Assembly (NCBI GenBank): GCA_025786725.1
Contig: JAHLTZ010000023.1
Coordinates: 1-64,000, forward strand
DNA length: 64,000 nucleotides
Origin: Syncephalis fuscata S228
Taxonomy: Eukaryota > Fungi > Zoopagomycota
Direction: 5' to 3'
The notes under the pieces were generated by a model. The model ran no database searches and was not told where the DNA came from. It saw nothing but the letters and a program-made list of their open reading frames with translations. This document shows, piece after piece, positions 13,299 through 26,138 of the stretch. A program made the translations under genes and the position numbers. Within the stretch, counting starts at the first letter, position 1. The number at the start of each line of letters is the position of its first letter.

Positions 13299-14909
13299 TC
13301 AGCATCTTTGTCGGCGGACAAAGAGATCACGCACTGTGTCGAACATTAAAAAGCTCTTGCTGCTTTTACGTTCCGTGGTGCGACGGCGTTTCTTAGTAGA
13401 AGCAACTGGGCTGAAGCAGGATACTACCGTACTACGTGTCGTCGCCTGCTTTAAAAACGATGATTTTTTCGAAAACACCGTCTTTTTGCAGTTTGTTGTA
13501 GCGACTGTTGTGCACTGTTTGTTATCTGGACCAGTATGGTGGACAGCTGAGTTTGGCGTAGTTTGTTGCCACTCAGCTGTGCTGGGAGCTTCATATTGAA
13601 GTGTGGCATTTTCAAAATGATACATATCATAGCTTTGCTGAGAATATGGTGTGCTGTCATCACAGACAGGCTTGCCATGAATGGCCACATTATTATTCAA
13701 TCCATACAATTCGCTGGATTCAAATCCTGAATCTCCCTGTTCGTCAATTTGCTCTGGCCAGTCGCAGCTACGAACTTGGGATGGATGTGTAAAGTTTTTC
13801 ATGTAAATGTCACCATCATTATGATTAATTGCTTCTTTCGCGGCTGCATTAACTTGAGAAACAGTTTGAGCGTTTACTTCTATTGTCTTGTTGTTGTTAT
13901 TATTGGCCGAACTAGATACAGAAGGTGCTGCAGGAAGAGTTGGACGACGAAGCTGTTCACATTCAATAACAGCATGGCATAACTCTCTAATTGTGCAGCG
14001 TTTACGAGCGTCCAATTCAAGTGCGCGGCACACGCAGCGTTGGAGTGCCTCGCTGATAGGCAGTAGTTTAGCAAGGAAAGTGGCAGGCTCTCGTTGATAA
14101 TAGGCGAATGCATCCTCTCGTGGGTGCGCTTGACGCCAAGGATTTTGTGCCGTAACCATATTTAAAAGCAAAATACCAAGTGACCAGACATCGGTCTTAG
14201 TAGAGTTATAAGGCATTGGTGTATTGTTTGCAAAGCCAATACATTCTATTTCCAATTGTTGTTAGTAATTTACTATTATTTTAAATAAATATCTACCTGG
14301 AGACATATAGAACGTGCTACCGCAGCCAAAGTCACTCGTTTGCTTCTTTTCGGTGGCAAGGCCAAAATCAGCAATTTTGAGTACGGGCTGCACCTCACCA
14401 GTGATGGCGTCTTTTTTCATCCAAACCAATACATTCTCCGGCTTAAGATCACGATGATACACGCCCTGTTTATGGCACCAATCCACACCACTGCAAATCT
14501 GAGTAAAGGCGTTTTTGATATACTGTTCATTAACGGATGAGTTATTGCCGCTGAAAATACCCATAGGATGGGTGATGTGATGGAACAGATCGCCATCTGG
14601 GCAGTATTCGAGAATCATCCAGAGTCCGTATTGATCCTCAAATGAACCGTACATACGTAGAACGTTGGGATGCCCGGAGCAGCGGCTGTGCATATTAATT
14701 TCTCGCACGGCAGCTGATGTGTTTGCCAATTGCTTAACTGCAAATCGGCGGCCCATATTATCGTCCGCAAGGTATACACGGCCATAAGCACCTGTGCCAA
14801 TCATGCATCTAATTTCTAAACATGATTGTTTGTCAAATGGATGGGGAATACGGTGTAGAGTGACTTGTGGTACTGTGACTGTGGAGGATTCGGATACGTT
14901 TGGTGCCAT
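13299..14909 (-). CDS. Ran1/Pat1 (Sks1/Vhs1-like) Ser/Thr protein kinase A, 2 coding exons (intron 14246-14296)
   Basis: IGTGAYGRV, AVK, YHRDLKPEN, ADFGLAT, DFGCGSTFYMSPEC and DVWSLGILLLNM...NPW are Ran-family signatures. Confidence 0.93.
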
Positions 14910-17368
14910 GTTGCTGTAAGGTTAAAAAGGCAATGGTTGATTAGCAAATAGTTGGAAATAGCACGAAGGACGCGGAATTGATGTTCTAAACTATGGAAAT
15001 TGATTAATAAACAAAGACAAGTGTTTACGTTAGAATGTTACTATTTTCGTGACAACAGAGACTAAACAAAAAAGGTTCAGAGCAAAGGTCAGACTAGGCA
15101 ACAGCAGTTTTGCAATAGAAGTGATTGTTGCAAAAAACAAAGTAATAGAGTGCTATAATAAACAATGCGCCGGTAAATAGCGTTGTTTTAAAATAAATTA
15201 TACAAATAAAGCAAATAAAGGACTGTACCGCTTATTTTCTGATGAAAATACACTAGTACTATTGTAGCATAAAAAGCGAGAATCGCCAATAGCGTGTTTG
15301 AGTAGAATGTATTACACTAATGGTGTGGATGCGTTGGGTAGCAATAAGATTTGACTACTGATGTACAAACTTGAATACAATGGCAGATTTAAATTTAGAA
15401 AATTTAGCAATTCAAAAAAAACGCCGTGTATTTAGCCACCAAGTTGTATAAAGGCTACGTAAAAAGGAAAGCTGACAATTGTGTGGTGTAATCCAACAAA
15501 TAAACAAGATATACACAAGAGTGTGCGGTTATTGTCAGAACTGATGACAATGGTATCAGTTATAGTTACGAAATAGCCAATGCAGCACTGGCTTTGTAGA
15601 TGGCACTGAACAAAGTTGAAATGGAAATCACGAAAAGAAGGTGTAACTGGGATAGAATGATGAGTATGAAAGAGTTCTATTCAAAATATTACAATGGGCA
15701 GATATATAAAAACAATGACCCACAAAACTATGGCTGGTTTGCTTATATCTCCTTGTCTGCAATAAGCAGTGGAAGGGGTGCAACAACAACAACTATGTGG
15801 AGCATGCTCAGTGCAGAATATCGTGACATTAAGGAGAGCATGTTCAGAAAACGCATCGCGATAAAGACAAAAGCCGCAGTGTATTTCCACCACACCAGTA
15901 CGCGATGGGGTCGTCTACACTCGCCAAGGGGTGGTGTTATGCGTGTATTGCAATGACTGCCAACTTGTTGAAAGAGCACAAAGTTTGTTTAGTGGCTGTT
16001 TATGCGAATGAAAGAGACGACAATCAAATAGGGCTACAAATAAGACTAGCAATGGCACATGTGCTGTTATGGTGGAGCATTACTGTGATGGACTATAGCG
16101 TTATGGACAAATACTATAGTCCGTTATGATAATAACTCACTATAGCAACGCATGTGCCATTACCAGTAAAAGGGGCATACCAAGGAGAATAGCATGCTGG
16201 CAATTGTTGCAATTGAAAGTCACTGAATTAGAGAAAAGGGGCATTGCACGCAATGGCAAAGGGGGTAGAGATATGGATAAAATGGAGTGTTTGAAGTATT
16301 GATGAAGGCCGTGCGTATATAGCAAAGTCTGCAATTTGAGGCCACATAAAAAGTACGTATTGGTGTAAAAGTAAAATAAAACTTACCTGTTGATGTAATA
16401 AAATCTAAGTTGATTTTCTGGCACTTGTTCGCCGGAATAAAGTATTTGGGTGTTTAAATATTGCAGCAGCACAACCAGGTGATACCAACAACAGGAATAG
16501 CAAGTAGAAATTAAAAATGAACGAACAGTCACCAGTAATAGTTGCGAGGGCTATTATGATATTTAAGCACGCCTACACAGTTAAAGGAAGTAAAGAAAAA
16601 AATTGTAGAGATTTAAGTTTGATTGTGAGGCAACGTATAATAAAGATTCATAAAATGGACAATGAATTTCAGTGTTTAAATGTCTGTGCACAAACACCTG
16701 CGGACTAAATTTAGTGCAAGGTGAGAATATGTACGCGCGGTAACAGGCACTTCGGATGTGAACCAAGTATGTACGACGCACGCACAGAAGTATCGGAAAA
16801 GGCGGTTTAGAATAAAAATAAAATATTAGTGAGCCCAAAGCCTCCGCTACAGAATCAGTTGAAACAAACTATAACCAAATAAATCTAACAACCGATTAGT
16901 CGCGCAGTTTGAGGTTTAGAGGGTAAATTTGTGAAACTAACGCGATGAATCGCCGGTAACGACAGAGAGTATAGAGTTGCGAAGGGAGAGAGAGGATAGT
17001 TACTAAAACAAAAAGATAAATGGATAGAAATACTTATTGACTAAAGAATACGACAAGATTAACGAATAAACTTGCAATACATCAAAGTAGCAAGATATAA
17101 AAGCTTTTGGTGATGACAATCAGTATAGATGAGCATGTCGTGTCACGAGTGGTGGTGCAGGTAGATTGGCATGTTGGTGACAACGAATGTAACAATGATG
17201 GATGACCGACAGGAAGATCTAGCGCAATTAAGGTAGTGAAAAGGCAATACCAGTTCAGTGATAATTGCCAGGTTCTTGCGCAGTCAATAGCCAATGAATT
17301 CAATCGCTGACATATTTCTTTAATAAACGTATGCTACATTATACACGCATCATACACGCACACACGTA

Positions 17369-17389
17369 TACACACACACACACACACAC
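17369..17389. repeat. (CA)n microsatellite
   Basis: About ten CA units upstream of kinase A. Confidence 0.9.
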
Positions 17390-19339
17390 TATATCGGATA
17401 AGTTAGTGAGTGATTAAGCAAAGAAGGTCATCGACCGACCACGTGGAATCCGCCATCGGGCTGACATTGCTGGGGAACAAGTGGACAAGGCGTAGTGGTG
17501 TGTGATGCGAACAAAGTATACGTGTTGATGTGCACTTTTTGGATGCAGCATGATTACAAGTCTAGCATGAACCACTCGGTGAAAACAAATGATGAGAAAG
17601 GATATTATCTATATTGCATGTTTGAAGTCGAGTGTAGAAATGTACAAGGATGTGGGAAGTCAGTAGAAGCATTATTAAATGTGGTCAAGGATGATCGTCT
17701 TGTGCATCTAATGCAGTTCATGTTTAATGTCGTATATGTGTTTTTTGAAAATTCAGTACGGAGTCTACAATTGGAGCAAGTTTTAATAATAGCGCTGCAA
17801 GTTAATTAGACATAAATTGTTTTAACAAAACTCACCGTAACGCAAAACGTGAAATTACGAGCAAGGGCGCAGTTGTCTAATTAGGTATACCATAAGATTC
17901 CGGATACTATGTTGCACACGCGGCTTGCAATGGCCTAAGGCAGATGATACTGAGAATTTGACAGCAAAACAAACAGCTTATTTGAATGACGATAATAAAC
18001 CGCGTGTCTTCTACACAATTAACATTTTTGCAGCGTTGTGAAACGGTCAAAGACACCAAGGGCAAAGTCAGGCTTTACCGCAGTTAGTTTTGCTGCATGC
18101 CTGCCTAGGTTCGCATAAGCAGATAATTTCTGGTGTAAGTATATACTGCAGATGTGTGGGAATTGGGATATAGAGGCAGATGCCGAGATATTGGCCAATT
18201 ACGAAGATCAAGCGTCAGGCAGGAGTTTAACGCTGTACAGAGATGTGCGGCTATGCAGCATGTGCTGTGGCACATGCATAAAGATGTGTAAATATGCATA
18301 TTTTAGGGGCTATTCATTCAAAAGCAGTGCGAAGTGTCTAAACTGAGAAATAAACGAATAGTTTTTCCAGTAAGGGCCAAACAGCCGTATGTGCTGCTCT
18401 TCCTTGGCAAAGTTCGCTAATTTAAATTACCGGGAATTTTGTAGCCAAACATGTTTTACCAGCTGTGTTGCATGATATTTTATACAGCCCAGTACTACAG
18501 GCTTGCATTGGCAATATTAATCAATGGTGGCAGCATGTGTAATGGTGCACATGTTTTACAATGCAGCTAATAATGTCCATTATACACATTTTGCAAAATA
18601 ATTTGCTAAAAAGATATAAAGCATTTTACAATACATCTCAGGATCCAAGTATTTAGTAAAACTGTTAATAGTTTTTTATTGAACTGTAGAACTAAAAATA
18701 AAAGTGCGTTTTAATCGATACAAATAAAATGGGTATTATGTAATTAGTTTCATGTTCCAATTCCGAGTTTATGCTCTGCCAAGGCCGTTGTAGCTGCTTT
18801 GCTAAAGCGGAGTCTGAATTATATGGCTAAACGACGATCACGCGCCCGGGCATAGACTTGCACTTCGTATGTAAACCGGTAATACAAACTGCATTATAAT
18901 ATTTAATAGTAACATTGCGCTCTGTATATTTATAATTTTAATGCCACAAATATGGCTTTTAATAGTAACAATATTTGTTTAATGGCAATTTATATCTAAA
19001 GTCGAGTATGAATAGTTTTTTAAGAAATTAAGGTATAAATAACAAAGTATACCAAATATATTTATTTAGATTAGAGTACAAGCCTCTAATACATGGACTT
19101 GGCTATCACATGTTAAAACTGGGTAAACTTGTTCATAGTTGCAACATTAATTTATTTCACTCTGAGCAATTTCTGTCGAATAAGAGCTCTCCATGCTTGT
19201 TATTAGTTGTCGTGCTACAACCTTTGATGATGGCCAAATCATTTTTCGTTTAGGCGATAATTAAATAAAAATGTTTATTATCTAAATTACGTACTATTTC
19301 TTTCACGTATACAACTTGGGGTCATATTGTATATGATCA

Positions 19340-21358
19340 TTATTGTCTCCAGCTAAATAGTATGTTTAGTTTATACCATTTACAAATTAATTAGTAGCAA
19401 CTTACAGTTTCAATGTACGGTCTTTACCGCCACTAGCCACTCGTTGGCCGTCGGGACTCCAGTCGACTGTAAATACCTTTATCGAAGAAATTATATGTAT
19501 AGGTTAGTTTAAGCAATTGCTGCAGTACATTTTTGTAACTCACTTCGTCCGCATGGCCCGGTAGATCAAGAAGAAGCTTACGCGTGTGTAGCTCCCAAAC
19601 TTTCAATGTACTATCCTTGCTTCCGCTAAGAATGAGTCGAGAGTCGGCGGACCAACATACTTGATACACCGCACCGACATGACCACGTAGTGATGTTAAA
19701 AAATTGCCTGTACGGGCATCCCATAGCTTCACAGAGTTATCAAATGATGCACTGGCAAGTGTTCGACCATCTGGCGAGAAGCATACTTGATTGACCAATT
19801 TTTGATGGCCAGTCATGCGCGTCAATGGCTTTTTCGACGTCTCTGGCTCCCAAAGATACATGGTAAAATCGTCGGATCCAGATACTAGTCTCTCCTTTTG
19901 ACCCGCCAAAGCATCATCATATCTTTTCTGCGCAGCCGCACGAGCTAACAATGTTTCAGATATGTTAGTAAATCTGCATCACTATTTCTAAAACATGTAC
20001 CTTCTTCGTCGTCAGTTGGTCGTTGACCATTATGATTGAATGGGCCAATTCTTAGAGCGTAATCAACGTTTAATGCCATCGTATTGACCTAGTAACATAA
20101 TTAGCCAATTGCAGCTGCATTCAACTAATTACTAACCCAGTGAGCATGTCCCTGTAGCACTTTTACAAGTTTGCCATTTTCTGCACTCCATACCATGATT
20201 GATTTGTCCTGCGATCCCGTATAAATAAATCCATTACCTCCCCAGCGAACACAGGTAACAGCAGCGGTATGGCTAGCAAGTGTGAAAAGTGTACGTCTAT
20301 TAACAACATCCCAAACTCGTACGGTGCCGTCTTTTGAAGCACTGGCTAAACGATTGCATTTTATATTTCTAATAATCATTAGATAATAAATTGAATAAAT
20401 ACCATTATCAATACATACTTGTGGAATGGTTCCCAGGCTAAACTAGTAATCCATTTGGTATGTCCCTTCAATGGTGCGCCAACTGCCTTTCCTGTAGTTG
20501 GGTCCCAAATACGAATCTAGCAATGTGTTAATCAGTCGTCACAGCTAACGATGCACAACTTACCATTTTATCCATACTGCCCGAAGCCAACCAACGTGCA
20601 TCCGGTGACCAGGCAGTGTAAAGAACCCAATTCTTGTGTTCGGCACCTGTAAAGTGCGGTGTTTCCGTATTAAGATCCCAGAAACGAACGGTGGTATCGC
20701 CTATTTGTATCGATGCTGTAAGTTTATACGTGCATCATTAGCTGTTTAAAACTACTTACCGGAACCACTTGCTAACTGTCGTCCATCTGGACTGAAGCTA
20801 ACATTAAGCACTGCTTCAGTATGGCCTTAACAACAACAACAATAAGAATAATAATGTGAGTTACCACTTGTAAAATTAACTATTATCTGCACTTACCTGA
20901 TAGTGAGGAAGTGCACCGAGTGACGGCTCGTACACGGAATACAGCCAATGGCTGATATACAATTTCAATAGTATCTTCGGTCGTACGTTTGCCTGGTCTT
21001 AGCACATCTTGCCAAAGATTCTCAAGAATTTCTGTTGTATCGACACGAAAAGCATATGGCGTTTCTTCTTCCTACGTGGCCAGAATCAGTACAAAGTATT
21101 ATATAATTCTGGTGAACCTACATTTTTTAATAGCTGATTTAGCAACAATTCCAATTGTTCCCGCGTGACACCGCAAGGAACGCTAAGTGGTGGCAACGAT
21201 TTACTGCTAACCGGCTGCTCTGGCTCGTCAGTCTTTTCCGTAGTTTCAATAGCAGTTGCATCGTGGGATCGCAAATGAACAATAACACTTGTATTCTCTG
21301 GAGGTGTGGCTGTTGCCGCATCGTCCTCCACCCGCCGTTTTTTATGTACTAATACCAT
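19340..21358 (-). CDS. NLE1: Ribosome assembly protein Rsa4/Notchless (NLE domain plus WD40 repeats), 10 exons
   Basis: QLELLLNQLL, YQPLAVFRVRAVTRCTSSLSGH, LVSGSDDFTMYLW, RMTGHQKLVN, DLPGHADEV and terminal LWRQ*; all exons join in frame. Confidence 0.96.
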
Positions 21359-22429
21359 TGTATTGATAAATAATAGTGAATATCAAGAAGGAATTGTAAA
21401 AAAAAGAAAAAACGCAATGTGATTTCAACTATTTCAATTAAAATAATGATTTACTCGAATCCAATTGGATTTATATGGTAAAATTAGACTTTTACTATTT
21501 TTGTCAATAGCTAATAAGTAAAATTTATTTGTTCTCCTTTTTAATCTTACTCATGACTGCGTATATATCTTGAATCTAAAGTAATAAATATATATTCTCT
21601 TTTTACAATAACGAATAAGCTAGAACTTGTTTCGATTGGCCCAAGCATTATACAGCGTGTTTATTGATGCACGAAAATCATGTGTGCACCGATTTTCCCA
21701 AATAAAATCACCCGCCAAAGATCATGTGCTACCTTGTTTAAAGAGACTGGCACTAATTCTTTATTGTAACTTTCCGCATGATCTATATTTACCTTGTGGT
21801 TTGCAGCTGTTATTTTTGCTACATGCCGCAATATTTACAGTATAGCTGCTTATATTGTTACTGATTGTCAGAAATAGATACACATAAATAATGCACATGA
21901 CACAGACATGACCGTATCATTTGTCTATCAGATGATATTGCAAGCTTTTTACTATTCAAAAATCTATTACTATAATGCAGCTATATGTACTTATTTACGT
22001 CGACAATCGGCTGAACACATCTGATACTCACTGGATAGTCAGCTGAATGAGTACGATACCCAGTTGAGCAGTATCTTCCTTGTATTTTCACCCTTCCTTT
22101 CGATATTAGTATATATTGAGCTTTTTTATCTGTCAAAAAATAATTATTATATTCGCTTTAGTTCACTTGTTGTCTATTTTACTTTCAATTGAAGTTACTT
22201 TATCAGTTTATTTACTGTTCAACTGACTCGATGCTTTTGTAAAGAATCGTTTCGCACAATTGTACAACAGAATCTTCCACGCTCAGTTTACCAATTACGC
22301 AGCTTAGTTATAAGCAATATTGTAAGTATTTTACACAAAGTAGCCAAAAATCATAGTTAATAACAAGATTGTAATTATTTATTATTTTAGATTACTAAAG
22401 TAGTAACAATATATCAACCCACTAGCACC

Positions 22430-22783
22430 ATGAAGATTTCTATTACCATTATCATCTGCGTCCTTGCCATTGCTCTCATAGCCAATGTTGCCATGGTTAA
22501 TGCAAAACCAACTCGACTTCGTCGTTCAATTAAAATGCGTAGATCTCCACAAAATCAAAATATGGATAGTGCAGGAAATATTGTTGCAAGTATTATGAGT
22601 AATAGCGGTAATGGCAGTATAAACCAAGGTTCTGACAATAATGGAGCCGCAAACAACTTTGTAAATAGTGTTGTAGCAGGTCCAACCGGCCAGGGTAGTG
22701 TACAGACAGTCGCAAGTAATCAACAAACAAGTTTTATCAATAACCATTCCTTTGTAAACGTTGGTGTTGGCGCTAACGCTTAA
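22430..22783 (+). CDS. Small secreted Asn/Ser/Gly-rich protein with a dibasic (Kex2-type) propeptide
   Basis: Good start context (gcaccATG), clear signal peptide, RLRRSIKMRR, and a 5'UTR intron GTAAGT..TTTTAG at 22322-22390. Confidence 0.85.
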   Translation: MKISITIIICVLAIALIANVAMVNAKPTRLRRSIKMRRSPQNQNMDSAGNIVASIMSNSGNGSINQGSDNNGAANNFVNSVVAGPTGQGSVQTVASNQQTSFINNHSFVNVGVGANA

Positions 22784-24378
22784 TCAAGATCAATGCTATT
22801 GTCTATGAAACTACAAGATTTACAGCTTAACCTGATTGCAAAATCATTGTCCAACTAAACCTTGTATATTGTTTAACAACAATTTATAATAAATCATGTT
22901 CCTTAATTAATTTAATCTAATTCGATTATCTATTCTATTTATTGTTTTTTAATAGTATTTTTAGTAAAATGCCAAAAATAAAAAAGATTCCGTTTGTATT
23001 TAATAATGCAATGCTTAGCAATTAAAATATTATTTATACGAGCAAACGAGCTACTATTATAAAAAATGTTGGTAAATGTTGGAGCGACAAGATTAGTATA
23101 AAGATGATTACCATCGAAATAAACAATAGAATGTTTAATATCATCAGATTTTTATATTAAACAAATACACCACAAATGCTGATTTTTTATTTATACAAGT
23201 TGGAATACTTACTATCTGTTGCATTTAAATAAACGATTATTCCAACTATTAAATTTACATTCATTATCACTAAAGTCATCTAATTGCTTTGTCTAATAAG
23301 GACAATCTTATTACTGATATTTATAAAAAGAAATGGCGAATTAATAATTACGCCGGCCGCTGCTAAACAGCAAGGCCACCAACAAGAGAAAAAAAGCAAA
23401 GAAACCAATTGCTGCTGGGCAGCGGGGATAATAACATAAGTGGCACAAGGATGCACCTTTCTGTATAGAGTTAATCATATGAATAGAACGGAAAGATAAT
23501 CATAATCACAAGGTTACTCGACGTAAGCGAGAGTGAAAAAAGGTGATACGCACCCATATCAATGCTTAGCAATGTTTTTTTAGCTAAACAAAGGCGTGGA
23601 TAGCTGTTCATTTTTTTCATCCCATTCTTTCGTAAGCAACGGTGGCAATATTAAAAGGTCGATCGATCTGGAGAGGTAAAATTTGTACATAGATCGTAAA
23701 ATCGACCGGCCTCTTATCTATTGCCAGGCCAAAAGACCCAAGAAAAAAGCGACGTCAATAGAAAAGGAGTATTGTAGTCTGTAGTGAATCGATAAGGAGT
23801 GTTAATAAAAAATAATGTAGGTCGTATCTCGTCCAAGCTACATATGTACTATGTGCTTGGCAAAACTATGTACTAGAAAAATGGATGGCGTGAGGAACCA
23901 GGCACTTTCCCTACTGTTAACGACGGAATAAATCCTATTGGAATAGAGATATATATATATAGATATAAATAGGATGCTGTAACTGTAATTAAATAAATTC
24001 AACTGTACAAGAAGGCAAACAGATAAACTGATAGTTAGAGGGGGGCTTGTAAATAGAGGTATACGAATGCTACCAAACGTAAAGTGTTTGGAAAAGGAGC
24101 CATAACAAGGCTACACAAAGTGCAGATGGTAATGGATGTGATGGTGATGGTAATAAAGCGCAGTATTGGTGCTGATAATAATAATAACAATAATAATAAT
24201 ACAGATAACATGTCGGATAAAACGGCAATGCATACAAATATACATGACGGCAATAAAGTCACGATAAAGAAAAAGGTCGATAGCGAGAGCGTTTAAATGT
24301 TCAGTAGATGTGTGCATTGTTATTGTTATGACCTGTATTATCATATTCATTATTATTATTATTAGTGATGATGAACTA

Positions 24379-26138
24379 TTAGGCAAGAGCGGCCCGTAAT
24401 AGACGTGAGAATGTATCGCTAAATCCCTTGGGCAGTATGCCATCGAATGCACTGCCAGTATTGGCAGCAGCCGCTGGATGTTGGCTCGATGGTGCTACAT
24501 CGTTCAAAGAGATTTCCGGCGAATGCGTACGACTAATGGCACGTAATTGCAAATCCTTTTTCTGCAACTTAGCAAGTTCATCAACGGCATGCAAAGACGG
24601 CGATACCACACGTGGAAGGTGGTAATTGCCAGGCTCGCTAATACAAGTCATGCTAGATGATGATGTATCGGCAGTTGAGCGTATTTCGTCATCACCATCG
24701 CTATCAGCTTCGGTTGAGTCATCAAGAATACTATCATCGAGAGATGGCATTGGTGAAGGCGGCATATCATCGTCGTCATCGTCGTTGTTGCTATGAGCCT
24801 TATTGGTATCAATGGCAATGTTGACCTTAGTAGTACGATGGCTATCAATGTCTTGTTCCTCCGAGTGAGCGGCCTCATGCGCGTTGATCACTGAGGCAAC
24901 ATCTTCGCATACAGCATCACACCAAAAGTTAAGGCAGTTGCGTACAGATTCGTACAGCTCATTCAATGTGCAGCGCTTATCAGGATTGGGATCCAATGCT
25001 CGGCGTAGAATACGGTGCACATCATCGGTAACTGGTAGAATACGAGCAAGTGCCGTTTGTGGCTCACGCAAATAGTAAGCATAGGCTTGATCGGACATAT
25101 CAGCACGGCGCCATGGATTGCGACGGCTTGCTAGATTGCATAGTAGAATGCCTAGTGACCATACATCGCTTGCCGATGTGCTATAAGCATGACGAGCAGG
25201 CAAAACAAAGCCATCGTCTTCATGGCCATCATCATCGTCACTGTTACTATTGCTGGCAAAACCGTAGTAAGCATTTAGATTCGACGAGTCGTTATCCTCT
25301 GATTCAGAGTCGTAGCAAGCACCATTCTTGCTTAAAAGACATTCTATTAATAAATAAATACATCATATTCATATGTTAGTAAGCATTAATAATAAATGAT
25401 CGACAATTAGCAGTGTTACCCACCTGGACTCATGTAGAATGGCGATCCGCAGCCACGTTCCTTACTCCAAGCATGTTCAGTAGCCAGGCCAAAGTCGCCG
25501 AGATAGACGTGTAGACGATCGTCACGGCCACGTTGAACAAGTAGATTTTCAGGCTTTATGTCGCGATGATAAACATTCATGCGATGGCAGTGTGATACAG
25601 CCTGGCAAGCTTCAAGGAAAAGACGCTTTGCTTCTCGTTCACCGCCGCGAAGGCCAACATCGCAAATAAGCGAAAATAGATCGCCTTCTGGACAATAGTC
25701 AAGGACTAGGTAAGCACCGAATGCATTGTAGGCGGCATCGTGTAACGATAGAACGCGTGGATGATTGGAGCAGCGGGCATGCAACGATGCCTCAAACCGA
25801 TGTTGTAAGGTCGGTGTTTGTGGCGTGACGGGCATATCACGCAATTTGGATCGTAGAACATCTTTATTGTAGGAAGCAAGTCGGTTAAGCTGGCTATCAT
25901 TAGGCATATGCTTGACGGCATATTCTTGACGGGTCGTCTCTTCGATGGCCTTGTAGACGATACCGCTGGCACCGCTATTAAGTACTTGGACCAAGCGGAG
26001 TCTGAATCGTTCCGTCTTCAACGTTTGCCCCAGCAAAGGAGCCTCGGGCGTTGGTTCGACAGCGGGTAAAGGCGGCAACATCGTGTTTGACGATTCTACT
26101 TGATTGGTTAGTCGAGTGTTCATGGTGCGTTGGGCCAT
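24379..26138 (-). CDS. Ran1/Pat1-like Ser/Thr protein kinase B, 2 coding exons (intron 25344-25423)
   Basis: YAVK, YHRDIKPEN, GDFGLAT, GCGSPFYMSPEC and DVWSLGILLCNL..RRNPW; same intron position as kinase A. Confidence 0.92.

Noticed and set aside
15600-18346. Short ORFs upstream of kinase A
   Set aside because: No recognisable motifs, overlapping on both strands and mostly non-ATG starts; at most uORFs.
22700-22745. VASNQQ shared between the small secreted protein and the SUN glucanase
   Set aside because: A six-residue match with different codons (Ser AGT vs TCA) and no flanking similarity; likely chance.
24035-24452. Poly-Asn, poly-Leu and poly-His ORFs
   Set aside because: Translations of (AAT)n and (GAT)n tracts in the kinase B 3' region.
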